A model generated the notes under the pieces. The model did no database searches. It saw nothing but the letters and a program-made list of their open reading frames with translations, and was not told where the DNA came from. This document shows positions 53,030-64,000 of a stretch of 64,000 bases of DNA, piece by piece (the stretch's first letter is position 1; each line of letters opens with the position of its first letter). The position numbers and the translations under genes were made by a program. The DNA is from Octopus sinensis (taxonomy: Eukaryota): NCBI RefSeq assembly GCF_006345805.1, contig NC_043002.1:42160001-42224000 (forward strand), given 5' to 3'.

Positions 53030-53271
53030 GAAGAGTAGACGGGAGAAAGGGAGAAAGAATGCGACAGAGAAAGAGAGAGAGGGAGAGTGTGCGTATGCGC
53101 GTAAGCGTTTTTGTACTTTTGTGTATGTGTGTGACAGACAGACAGACAGATAGGCAGACAGACAGACAGACAGATAGACAGACAGACAGACAGATAGACA
53201 GACAGACAGATAGACAGACAGACAGACAGATAGACAGACAGACAGATATATAGACAGACAGACAGACAGTC

Positions 53272-53302
<31 letters not shown>

Positions 53303-53564
53303 TAGACAGATAGATAGTCAATGTGTTCAGAATCGCATAAATAACATAACATCAAATCCGTAGAGGTTTCACGAATGTAAGGCATGCAAAGCATACTGAA
53401 GATATACATGCATAAATAAATGCAAATAACATATCAGATTTTAATATAAATCTTTCATTTTTCATAAGAGACTGCTGGGAAGAGGCTATAAGACATGTTA
53501 TTTGTACCCTACTTCAAATGATATGCCTCTGCATGGTCTAGCTTAAAGTACCGTGACTACAACC

Positions 53565-53640
<76 letters not shown>

Positions 53641-53645
53641 GTCTG

Positions 53646-53682
<37 letters not shown>

Positions 53683-53886
53683 TTTTTCTTTTTTTTTTCC
53701 TCTCCCCCTTTTTTTTAATCCCCCTTTTTTTTGTCCTCTTTCTCTCCTTTTACGATCCCTTTTGATCGAAACTCCCCCTTCCTTTTTTTTTTTAAACCTT
53801 CAAAAGAAAAGCTCTACCTTGTAATTTGTTCTATCTGTGTGCAGCCCTGTGTGGCTGATAAAGAAACATATCTATCTATCTATCTG

Positions 53887-53970
<84 letters not shown>

Positions 53971-54042
53971 TCTATATATCTATCTATCTATCTATCTGTC
54001 TGTCTGTCTGTCTGTCTGTAAATATATATATATATATAATAT

Positions 54043-54074
<32 letters not shown>

Positions 54075-54427
54075 AACACATATATACACTCACATTATAT
54101 ATGAGTATATATATTTATGTATACACACACGCACATCTGCATCTATCTATCTACCTATCTATCTTTTTATCAGTCTATCATTCAGATCTCTCCCTCTTCC
54201 ACTCTCCACACGCACACACTCACACACGCACACGCACACATACATACACATATATACATACATATATATACTACCATGTATCTGTGTATGTGTGCGTGTG
54301 CGTGTACGTGCTTCTATGTGTGTGTGTACGTGCGTGTACGTGTGTGCGTGTGTGTAGGCTATCAATGTTTTTTATTTCATCTGCATCTGCAATTAATTTC
54401 GCTGTTACATTTCATGGGTATTATGTA

Positions 54428-54482
<55 letters not shown>

Positions 54483-54566
54483 ATATATATATATTATATA
54501 TATATATATATAATATATATATGTGTGTGTGTGGGTGCGCGCGCACATACACACATACACCTCACA

Positions 54567-54640
<74 letters not shown>
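52990..54640. repeat. Compound microsatellite cluster (GA, GACA/GATA, TATC/TGTC, TA, CA)
   Basis: Direct reading. Confidence 0.95.
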
Positions 54641-54643
<3 letters not shown>

Positions 54644-55163
54644 CACACTCTCATCCATGATATAATTGCAGCACCGAGATGAGTTACAGATGAAATATGA
54701 AATATTAGAGAGATACCCTATATTCTTATGAGTCTTGATATTTATTATCTTACGAGTTTAAACCCATAAGATTAGTTATCTAGAATAGATGGACGAAATT
54801 AAATATGCTCAAATCTGAAGTTGTTATTCGATTGAAATGTGCATTGCAGACGAGGAAATTATTGGCAACAAATTTATTATTTGTTGTTGTAGTAATTCTT
54901 CACTATGTATGCAATACAAGACCGACTTTAATGTGTAGAGGCATAACCGGAATTCTAACCGTGAGACGATTCTAAAGATTTCACCCTTCTTAAGTGATAT
55001 AGATTTGGTTCTAACCAATATTAGATACAAGGAGATAAGTGTATATGTGATAAGTGATAGGGTATTTATTCCAAAGGGGTATTAAAAAGGCTAATTATAA
55101 GTAAATATACGACGGGAGACGGATGAAAAATGATATATTGTTAATCTTGTATTTTTATTATTA

Positions 55164-55217
<54 letters not shown>

Positions 55218-56013
55218 TATTATTATTTTCTAAACATTTACGGGAGAGACAACTTCGGACAACTTCTGCCTTATTCTGACTTCATCAGGGCCATTCTCGC
55301 GTGATTTGTGTAACAATCAGGGACTCAAGTTATGAAATACCTAAGCTTTAAATCTTGAACATTTACATGAATTGTATTGTGTCATTTTTCCACAGTAAAG
55401 TTTGATTATCCAGGCAAGCATTAAAAACAAACATACCAAGTATGTATGTTGAAGTATTTGAATAGGTCACAAAGTGTGATGTATGTAACATCGTGCAAAA
55501 TAAACTTTTTTCACCTGAAAATATTAACTGCTAATTCCTCTGAATTTCTCCAGAACAGAATAAAATCATGTCTGTGGTCACAAATCTCATTTACCTGATG
55601 TGATGTGCATGACAAAAATGGATGTGACGTTTTTAAGACAATTATTTTATCGGGACGCGAAGAGCTCCTCACAACCGTAGGATCGTGAGGTGGTTGTGAC
55701 CTGTAAACAATTTTGAGTAGGAACCGGAAAGAGCAGTATGAATAAGAAATGCGCATGTGCACACTGAATTCGTAAAACAGTAGAGAAAAGTAAAAACGCA
55801 ATGCGCGTGTCAAAATAAAACGGAAGAGAAGAATAAAATCACAATGTCAAACAAGTTAGATAGTCTGCATACCACGTCTGACTCCACTATCACGCAGCTA
55901 TGCTGCAATTGTCTTGTTTTCTTTATCTTCCAAATAGTATAAGTCTGGTAGAATTTGTCCCAACATCGATATCTGGTCAAAAAGAACCATTTCTATATAT
56001 TTTTACAGATATA

Positions 56014-56573
56014 CGAGCAAAACGACCTCCCCCCCACCGTCCAATGGACGGTGCTGTGTTGTCAAGCATTTAAACTAAATTTTTTCAAAACAACTTGTCC
56101 GACCGTCCCATAGGCCTCCCCTTTGAGAAACACTGATTTAACCTAAATTTGAGACATCAGCAAAAGAAGAAATAAAGATATACTTTTTTCTATTCCAAAG
56201 AAAAACGATTTTATTCACACAAATATGCAGCCGAAGACTTTAAAGTACCAGTAATGATAAGGCTGTAGACTGGGAGAACACAAACATGGTTTAAACATTA
56301 AGCTTTGCAGGAAAGAAACATGCCTTTAAGCAGTACAAAAACAACAAAAAATGGAAGGTGCAGTTACGTACAGGTTGACTGAAGAAAAGCAGGACAAAAA
56401 CGGTTTTATCGATCGCATTCTCACCTGGAATCGATTTTTGTAATTTGTTCAAGACTTATTCACGCCCTGATACCGTGGGTATCTACATATCAAATTTGAG
56501 CGCAATCGGATGGAGGATGACCGAGATCCTAGGAGACACACACAGACAGACAGAACAGATTTTATATAATAGA
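56014..56573 (-). mobile_element. Non-autonomous Helitron-like element (~560 bp)
   Basis: Minus strand: 5' A|TCTATTATATAAAATCTGTTCTGTCTGTCTG; 3' hairpin CACCGTCCA-T-TGGACGGTG followed ~16 nt later by CTCG|T. A/T insertion site with no TSD. Confidence 0.6.
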
Positions 56574-56858
56574 TTGGTATTTTTCTAACTATCCTACAAA
56601 TTTTTGAAATACTGTTTTGGTTTTAACTTTCATAAGAATTGCTCATCAGTGAAGATTGGCTTCCTTATGCTGAAAGGCACATATTCCTGTCATTTTATGT
56701 GGCAAAGACTGAATTGTAATTAATACGAACGTATAATGTTGAGTTAACTGTTGAGATATACATTCTAGATCTTGTTAAAAAGTTAAATAGATGTAAATAT
56801 ATTGTGAGAAAGAAATAAAACGATATTTATCAATAACTAATATTATTTTCATATTTAA

Positions 56859-57068
56859 GGCGACGAGCTGGCAGAATTGTTAGCACGGCGATCAAAATGC
56901 TTAGTGACATTTCGTCGGTCTTTATGTTCTGAGCTCAAATTCTGCCGAGGTTGACTTTGCTTCTCATCCTTTCGGAGTCGATAATACAAGTACCAGCTAA
57001 TGACTGGAAGCGATACAATCGACTTCTCCTTCCCCCCTAAATTACTGGCCTTGTGCCAAAATGTGAAT
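56859..57068 (+). mobile_element. SINE family A
   Basis: GGCGACGAGCTGGCAGAATTGTTAGCACGG head through the GGCCTTGTGCCAAAA tail. Confidence 0.88.
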
Positions 57069-58109
57069 CTAATATTATTTTTATATTTCCCGGGCAAGTA
57101 TGGGAGACAACTACAGACTTCGGGCATGTTTCAGTAATATTCTGACCACATCGGCAAAGGATAGTTTCCTTGTACTGGTAAATACCGAATTCTAAAAGTA
57201 GATATATAAAGCCTGGAAATATATTAAAACACTGTCTTTATCTCAAAACATCGTACAAAATGTAAAATAACAAAACACAAAAGAGAACTGTGTTTCTTAC
57301 AGAAAATAAAATTATGAAGTTGATGCCCTCTGTTTCATATTCAGTAGGTTTGCTTAGAAGTGTGATAATACGAATGTATTTTGTGCAAGCTTTGCAGCTA
57401 ACCACCGATCGATTTACTTAAATGAAATATAAGCTAATCTGATTATCAAAATTTTAAGCTAATTTTCTAAGCAAGTGGCTTTTCATATGTTGAGATCAGA
57501 TAAAATGGAACCCAAAACTTAAGTTCTTGAACGATAAACACTTTCTTACTAAAATATTATCGTAATATTTTCAAACAGTTTCTTCCTTTATATCTTATGC
57601 ATATAATGAACGTAATGTAAACATAGCTATATATTGTCAGGTCGCTTTTCGTGCTATTGGTACGACGTGTCACATGGTCGAACCGTCGCCGATTCAATCG
57701 GCAACCTTACCAAGCCTACGGGGTAAGGAGGTTGGTTTTCGTTGGACACACTTCAGGATGAAAAAAAAATAGCCTTTCAAAGGACGAATGAACACAGTAG
57801 AGTCAATTGCCATCCAATAGCTGAGAGTGAGAGACACCACGACTTTGCTTAGCCATCTCATTGAAGAAAATTCTGAAATAACAGCCAGGAATCTTACTCT
57901 AGGTTTTTCTAGACTACTTGACTTTGAAGGTGAGAGTCTTAGCAGCGTTTTGCAAGCTGCTATTGGCTTTAAATTTCATCACGAGCATTGCTAACAGCCA
58001 TTGTCTTTCATATCTAGAATAAAATGATTTGTCAGTAACGGTCATATTGGTTACGGAGATGTACTCGCATAGCAAGTAATTTGATCTGAGATCGTGTGCT
58101 GAAACGAAA

Positions 58110-58347
58110 ACAATTGCAGCGTGGAAGGTGTTTATAAGCCATTTAAGAAACACACAAAAGCCGTTCGATTCACATCAACATTTAAGTTTAATTTGTCAAA
58201 GATGCAGCACGGATTTTTGTCAGTGAACAGGTCGCGGATTTTAGCGACGAAAATATTTTGACAAATTAAACTTAAATGTTGAAGTGAATCGAACGGCTTT
58301 TGTGTGTTTCTTAAATGGCTTATAAACACCTTCCACGCTGCAATTGT
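58110..58347. repeat. Near-perfect inverted repeat: 91-bp arms (1 mismatch) with a 56-bp spacer
   Basis: 58110-58200 is the reverse complement of 58257-58347 except at one position (CACATCAAC vs CACTTCAAC). Confidence 0.97.
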
Positions 58348-59689
58348 GGTCATATTGGTATATGAGCTAAAAGCTACCGTATATAAATATAATTCTAAAC
58401 AACCTTTGGGTTAACTTTAGATAATAATAAAAATTTTTTTTAATCTTTAAAATTCCACTTTTGATATATTTTATCAAAAATGTTGATTTAGGACACATTT
58501 TGAACATCATCTTTGCTCAAGGTTCACAGGTATCATAGTGATATATACAAGAGTGCATGTTACACCTAAAAGCTAATATGAGAGTTTCTCTCGTGGTAAC
58601 TACCGTAGTGTAGCTTGTTCTAATAGAAAACTCGTTTAAGTAGGGATAAATTTTACCACTAAGATCATTGTCTTCCCTATTTCCTCTATATATTTTGATC
58701 CTTTATCACTTCCACCCAGTAGTCTAGCCTTTGCTCTCGTGACAATTCACATACAACAAAAACAAATCGAAATACTTTCACAAATTATCTATTTTATAAC
58801 TTTAGATTTCTCTTGTAAATGATTTAATGCTGTTAAATGTACCATACATGTCACCATTCATTTATTTCGAGCTCTCTTACAAACGTTTAACAATTATCTA
58901 ATTAGCACTTTTTAATTTCTTTTCGCATTTCGATTTATGAGTTTTCATCTTTCTTTATAACTTAGGAAAGAACACAATGAACAATAATGTCTTATTGAGT
59001 TGGTCTTAATTGGCATTTAGTAATTATGATGCATCTTCTTCAGACGGAGATAATTTTAATGAATTCAGAATTTACGTTGTATATTATTTGAAGTACTTTT
59101 ATTTATCTATGTTGTACAAGTTCATGTCGCTGGCCAACTTGAGTTATTTCTCTTTGCATATATTTGCTTAAATTATGCAAATTAACAAAACCTTAATGTT
59201 TTCTACCCATTTTTGTATAAGTCTAAGTCCCTTGGCAACAAGAGATAAGGTGGGATTACTGTTGTGCCGACGAAGCCTATTCAACCAGAAATAAGCGTCT
59301 ACAACTGTCCTTTTATCCCCAGACAATAAGCTTGTCCTTTTCCTTAATGGCATGTCAGTTTTGGAGAACTTTTGATTCATGAGATAATTTCTCTTGGACA
59401 TAGTTACCATTTCGTAATTACAACACATCCGCTTGAGGCGAAGATAATTTTGATAAATCAGGTACTTATGTTGTATGGTATTTGATATACATGTATTCGT
59501 CTGTGAGTGCGTGCACATGTGTGTGTGCGAGCACGTGAGTGTGTGCACGTGTGGGTGGGTGTCTATGTGCGTGCGTGTGTGTGTGTGTCGATAAAATAGA
59601 ATAACAATCAAACTCTGTGGCCCAGTACTAGGCTGTGAATCATTTGGCACCGGGCTGCACAGAAAGAATAAATTATTAAAGGAGTTACT

Positions 59690-60055
59690 GTGTAGTAAGT
59701 AGCTTGTCTACCAACCACATGGTTCCGGGTTCAGTTCCACTGTGTGGCACCTTGGGCAAGTGTCTACTATAGCCTCGGGCCGACCAAAGCCTTGTGAGTG
59801 GATTTGGTAGATGGAAACTGAAAGAAGCCTGTCGTACATATGCGTGTGTGTGTTTGTGTGTCTTGTTTGTCCCCTAGCATTGCTTGACAACCGATGCAGG
59901 TGTGTTTATGTCCCCGTTACTTAGCGGTTCGGCAAAAGTACTAGGCTTACAAAAAGAATAAGTCCCGGGGTCGAGTTGCTCGATTAAAGGCGGTGCTCCA
60001 GCATGGCCGCAGTCAAATGACTGAAATAAGTAAAAGAGTAAAAGAGTAAAGAGTA
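59690..60055 (+). mobile_element. SINE family B, near full length
   Basis: Head, CORE-like GGCACCTTGGGCAAGTGTC and (GTAAAAGA)n tail. Confidence 0.92.
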
Positions 60056-60433
60056 TTGTATTGACTAACGCATTCTGCATGGTGCTTTCCTTTGAAAAAT
60101 TACTGAGATTGCCACAAGACCACTAAATATATATATATATAACAATGTAATAATAATAATAGAAATAAAGTGAATAATATGCAACGTAATAATTTAATTT
60201 ACGCTATATATGTAACAAATTGTACAGAATATTATGCACTTTATCATGTTTTGTTATGCGCATACTCCCCCAGTTCGTGGAAAAATTGTCTTGCATGAAA
60301 CCAGTTCGTGGTGGAAAACAAATTGGGGGCTGCTTACTCCAAAAACATATGTTTACTGAGTTTTAACAACTGGCTATTAGTATCGCCATATCTAAGCAAA
60401 ATCATTCCACATACACACGCACACACACATATC

Positions 60434-60496
<63 letters not shown>

Positions 60497-60639
60497 TGTG
60501 ATAGATATAGATGTGTGAGTATATGACTGTATGTAAATATATATATATATATACGTCAGTCTGTCTGTTTATATATGTGTGTGTATACATACATACATAC
60601 ACACACACACATACACACACACACATACACACACACACA

Positions 60640-60715
<76 letters not shown>

Positions 60716-60815
60716 CATATATTTTCATATATTTCTGAGTTTCAGAGAGAGAGGGTGATGAAGAGAAAGAGAGGGAGAGAGAGAGGAGAGAGAGAAGGAC
60801 ACAGAGAGAGAGAGA

Positions 60816-60852
<37 letters not shown>

Positions 60853-61666
60853 ACAGTAAGAGAGAGAGAGAGGGGGGTATATGAGAGCGGTTCGGTTTCA
60901 TACATCACTACATTCCCCATATACAAATTTATGGTCATGTTGCCAAATGCAAGTAAAAATTTATTATTAAGATTTTCAAGTCACCGAACTAGATTGGATC
61001 TTTTTGTTTTCCGCTCATGCCATTTTTTTTTTTTTTTTTTTTCATCTTTTCATTTTCCTTTTTTTATATTTTTAGCAATACCGTCTTTTTCTTTCTTTCT
61101 TTTTTTATTTTTTTATATATTGAACTATTTTAGTTTTCTGAACTAAAATTGCTGATATTAAAAGAAAGACCTTGTCAGAATATCAAAGAAACACAGTGAA
61201 TAAAACTTGTCAAGCGTTTCTGCCAGCATACGATACGCATATTGGAAGGAAACGAATATAATATGTTCAACTGCTTCGATTTTGCTTTTTATTTTGTTTT
61301 TTGTTTTTGTACCTTGTTTGCTTTTTCTTGTTCCAGTTTCTCTTACCATTCCTCTTCTTCTTCTGCTTCATGTTCTTTTTTTTCTTATTCTTTTATTCAT
61401 TTACTTCTTTTCAGTCATTTGACTGCGGCCATGCTGGAGCGCCGCCTTGAAGGACTTTCAGTTGAACAAATCGACCCCAGGACTTATCATTTTTTTTAAA
61501 GCCTAGTACTTATTCTATCGGTCTCTTTTGCAGAATCGCTATGTTACGGGGACGTAAACACAGCAACCCCTGTTGTCAAGCTGTGGTCAAGGGACAAACA
61601 CAGGCATAAAGACGCGCACATACATACATACATAATACATACATACATACATACATACATACATGT

Positions 61667-62000
61667 GAAGGCGCATGGCTCAGTGGTTAGAGCGTCGAGC
61701 TTATGATCGTGAGGTTGTGAGTTCGAATCTCGGACCGGGCTGCGTGTTGTGTTCTTGAGCAAGACACTCTATTTCACGTTGCTCCAGTTCACTCAGCTGT
61801 AGAAATGAGTTGCGACGTCACAGGTGCCAAGCTGTATCAGCCTTTGCGTTTCCCTTGGATAACACTGGTGGCGTAGAGAGAGGAGGCCGGTATGCATGGG
61901 TAACTGCTGGTCTCCATAAACAATCTTGCCCAGACTTTGCCTGGGAGGGTAACTTTCTAGGTGCAATCCCATGGTCATTCATGACCGAAAGGGGTCTCAA
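61667..62000 (+). mobile_element. SINE family C (OR-type tRNA/CORE SINE), full length, with an apparent ~46-bp TSD
   Basis: A-box TGGCTCAGTGG, B-box GTTCGAATC, CORE-like TTGTGTTCTTGAGCAAGACACT. Flanks 61621-61666 and 62011-62056 match with 1 mismatch. Confidence 0.9.
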
Positions 62001-62191
62001 CATACATACATACATACATACATAATACATACACACATACATACATACATACATGTGCATACATGCATACGTAGATACATACATATATACATATATAGAT
62101 GTGCATACATGCATACATAGATATGTACATACATACATACATACATACATACATACATACATACATACATACATACATACATACATACATC

Positions 62192-62332
62192 TATGGACCG
62201 TTGATAAGGAGCTTGAAAATCCTGTACCCAAGATGCACTTTCAGCTTCATATCTATTATTATTGGAGCAACAGGATGTATACCAACCCGTCTGGAACAAA
62301 GTATGGCTGAACTTGAGATCGTAGTGAGTGAA

Positions 62333-62337
<5 letters not shown>
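62192..62337 (+). mobile_element. Fragment of a restriction-like endonuclease domain of an R2/R4/NeSL-type LINE
   Basis: YGPLIRSLKILYPRCTFSFISIIIGATGCIPTRLEQSMAEL resembles the C-terminal KY..L...PIIIGALG motif. Confidence 0.5.
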
Positions 62338-62367
<30 letters not shown>

Positions 62368-62384
62368 CTTTATCAAGAATAGTA

Positions 62385-62434
62385 TTGATAGTGACTTCAA
62401 AGTTTCGGTCAGCTAAGCCATCATCAGACAATCC
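62385..62434 (-). ncRNA. Type I minimal hammerhead ribozyme motif (Penelope-like element type)
   Basis: Minus strand reads GAUUGU-CUGAUGA-U-GG(CUUAGCUGA)CC-GAAA-CUU(UG)AAG-UC^ACUAUC. The CUGAUGA and GAAA core is exact, with a GUC cleavage triplet, stem III ACUU/AAGU and stem I 5/6 paired. An inverted degenerate sister copy lies at 62427-62485. Confidence 0.65.
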
Positions 62435-62552
62435 GAAGATGTCTTAGCTGATCAAATTTCGAAGTTACTGTCAATGCTATTCTTGTTAAAGAAAAATAAA
62501 TTTGCACTTTAAAATTTATGTAAAATTGTTTTTATTATAAAAACTTTTACGT

Positions 62553-63365
62553 GGGCGTGGCTGTGTGGTAAGAAGTTCGCTTCCTAGCCACATGGTTCCG
62601 GATTCAGTCCCACTGCGTGACACCTTGAGTAAGTGTCTTCTTCTATAGTCGCGAGTTGTCCAAGGCTAAAGTAGAAAACACTTTCCGATTTATATATATG
62701 CATACCAAGGCCTTGTGAGTGGTTTTGGTAGACGGAAACTGAAAGAAGCCCGTCGTATATGAAAAATCAACGAAAATGCACATTGTAAATAAAAAAAAAG
62801 GCTTCTTATGACTGGTAACGACAAATATATACATTTAGATTGACTGAGGTAGTAATGAAAGTCATAAAAGTCATTATTATGAGATGATTATAAGATGATA
62901 ATAAAGTAAGAGAACAAAGCGAACCATGGTTTCCGCAAAGCTATTCATCGCTTTGAAAACACAGGTGTGTGGGGGTGTTTTTTGTGTCTGTGTCTGTCCC
63001 CACCACTACTTGACACCCGATGTTCCTGTGTTTCTGTCCCCGTAAATTAGCGGTTCAGCAAAGGAGACCGATAAAAAAAATACCAGGCTTTACAAAAATA
63101 AGTACTGGGGTCGATTCGTTCAACTAAAATTCTTCGAAGCGGTGCCCCAACTTGTACCCCATAGCTACAACTTGACAACCGGTGCTGGTTTATTTACGTT
63201 CCCCTAACTTAACGGTGCGGCAAAAGACACTGATATTATAAGGACTAGATTTTCTTTAAAGACAGCCCCCCCCCCGCCACCCAGTTATTACTGGGGTCGA
63301 TATGTTCGACAAAACCCTTCGGTATGGTATCCCAACATGGCTTATAGTCAATTGACTGGAACAAG
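62553..63365 (+). mobile_element. SINE family B 5' half (62553-62758) and diverged 3' modules (62965-63365)
   Basis: GGCGTGGCTGTGTGGTAAGAAG head; later TTAGCGGTTCAGCAAAGGAGACCGAT..GGGGTCGAT modules. Confidence 0.8.
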
Positions 63366-64000
63366 GAAAGGGTAAGATAAGAAAAATATATTTATCGGGT
63401 TTATGGTTAAGGATTAAACTTACAGACACTTCTAGCTTCCAGTTCTTTATTCAAAGTGACCGATAAGATATATTTTATCGGACGCACGGTTATGGGTTAA
63501 AACAGGTTAAACTTATTTGTGCATACATACACACACACACGCGCGCACGCAACTCACAACACCACACCACACATACACACTCAATGTATATGCACAGTAT
63601 TATGTACTTTATACTTCTATATGTATTTATTTATTTATTTGTATTTTGCTATTCTTGTAATTGCATGATAAAGTACATATATTTGTGCTACTTTTAAGTT
63701 TTTCCATTTCATGTGAGATATTTCGTTATACATATATGTGTATGTATTTCTATATATATATATATACGAGTATGTGTGTGCATAAACATGTATGTATGTA
63801 TGTATGTATGTATGTATTTATGTATGTATGTATCTATCTATCTATCTATCTGTCTATCTATCTGACTGTTTGTCCATCTGTCTATATATATTATGCATAT
63901 AGAAGAGAGAGAGGGGGCAGAGCAAGTACTTAGATAAATAGAGACGGACGGAAAGATAGACAGACAGACATACAGACAGACAGACAGACAGGCAGGCAGA

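Noticed and set aside
55245-55295. Minus-strand CTGATGA followed by a small stem
   Set aside because: No GAAA in the required position and no stem I/III; too degenerate to call a hammerhead.
56625-56655. Minus-strand CTGATGA...GAAA
   Set aside because: No stem II, stem III or NUH pairing; chance match.
61667-61742. tRNA-like sequence with A and B boxes
   Set aside because: It continues into a CORE-like body and tail and is flanked by a TSD, so it is a SINE head; no proper acceptor stem is evident.

Overview
AT-rich, extremely microsatellite-dense eukaryotic (animal) DNA. It is most consistent with an octopus/coleoid cephalopod genome; this is an inference from recognising tRNA-derived SINE families, not a database result. 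No host protein-coding gene can be called with confidence. Almost every ORF in the supplied track is a translated microsatellite or a transposon relic, so the window reads as intronic/intergenic. It holds more than 30 copies of three tRNA-derived SINE groups and decayed DNA transposons of four Tc1/mariner/pogo lineages (pogo/Tigger, DD41D rosa-like, mariner, DD37D maT). It also holds LINE fragments (R4/Dong, RTE, CR1-like, Tx1-like), two kinds of non-autonomous Helitron-like elements, a ~1.5-kb homopurine tract and a 100-N gap. The most notable observations are: a head-to-head pair of Penelope-type hammerhead-ribozyme motifs (62369-62490, one with a near-intact core); a 91-bp-arm near-perfect hairpin (58110-58347); a Helitron-like element cleanly splitting a minisatellite; a perfect-TIR DD41D deletion derivative; recurrent SINE tandem arrays; and scattered GC-rich islands with splice-like borders that may belong to a spliced non-coding or 5'-UTR transcript.
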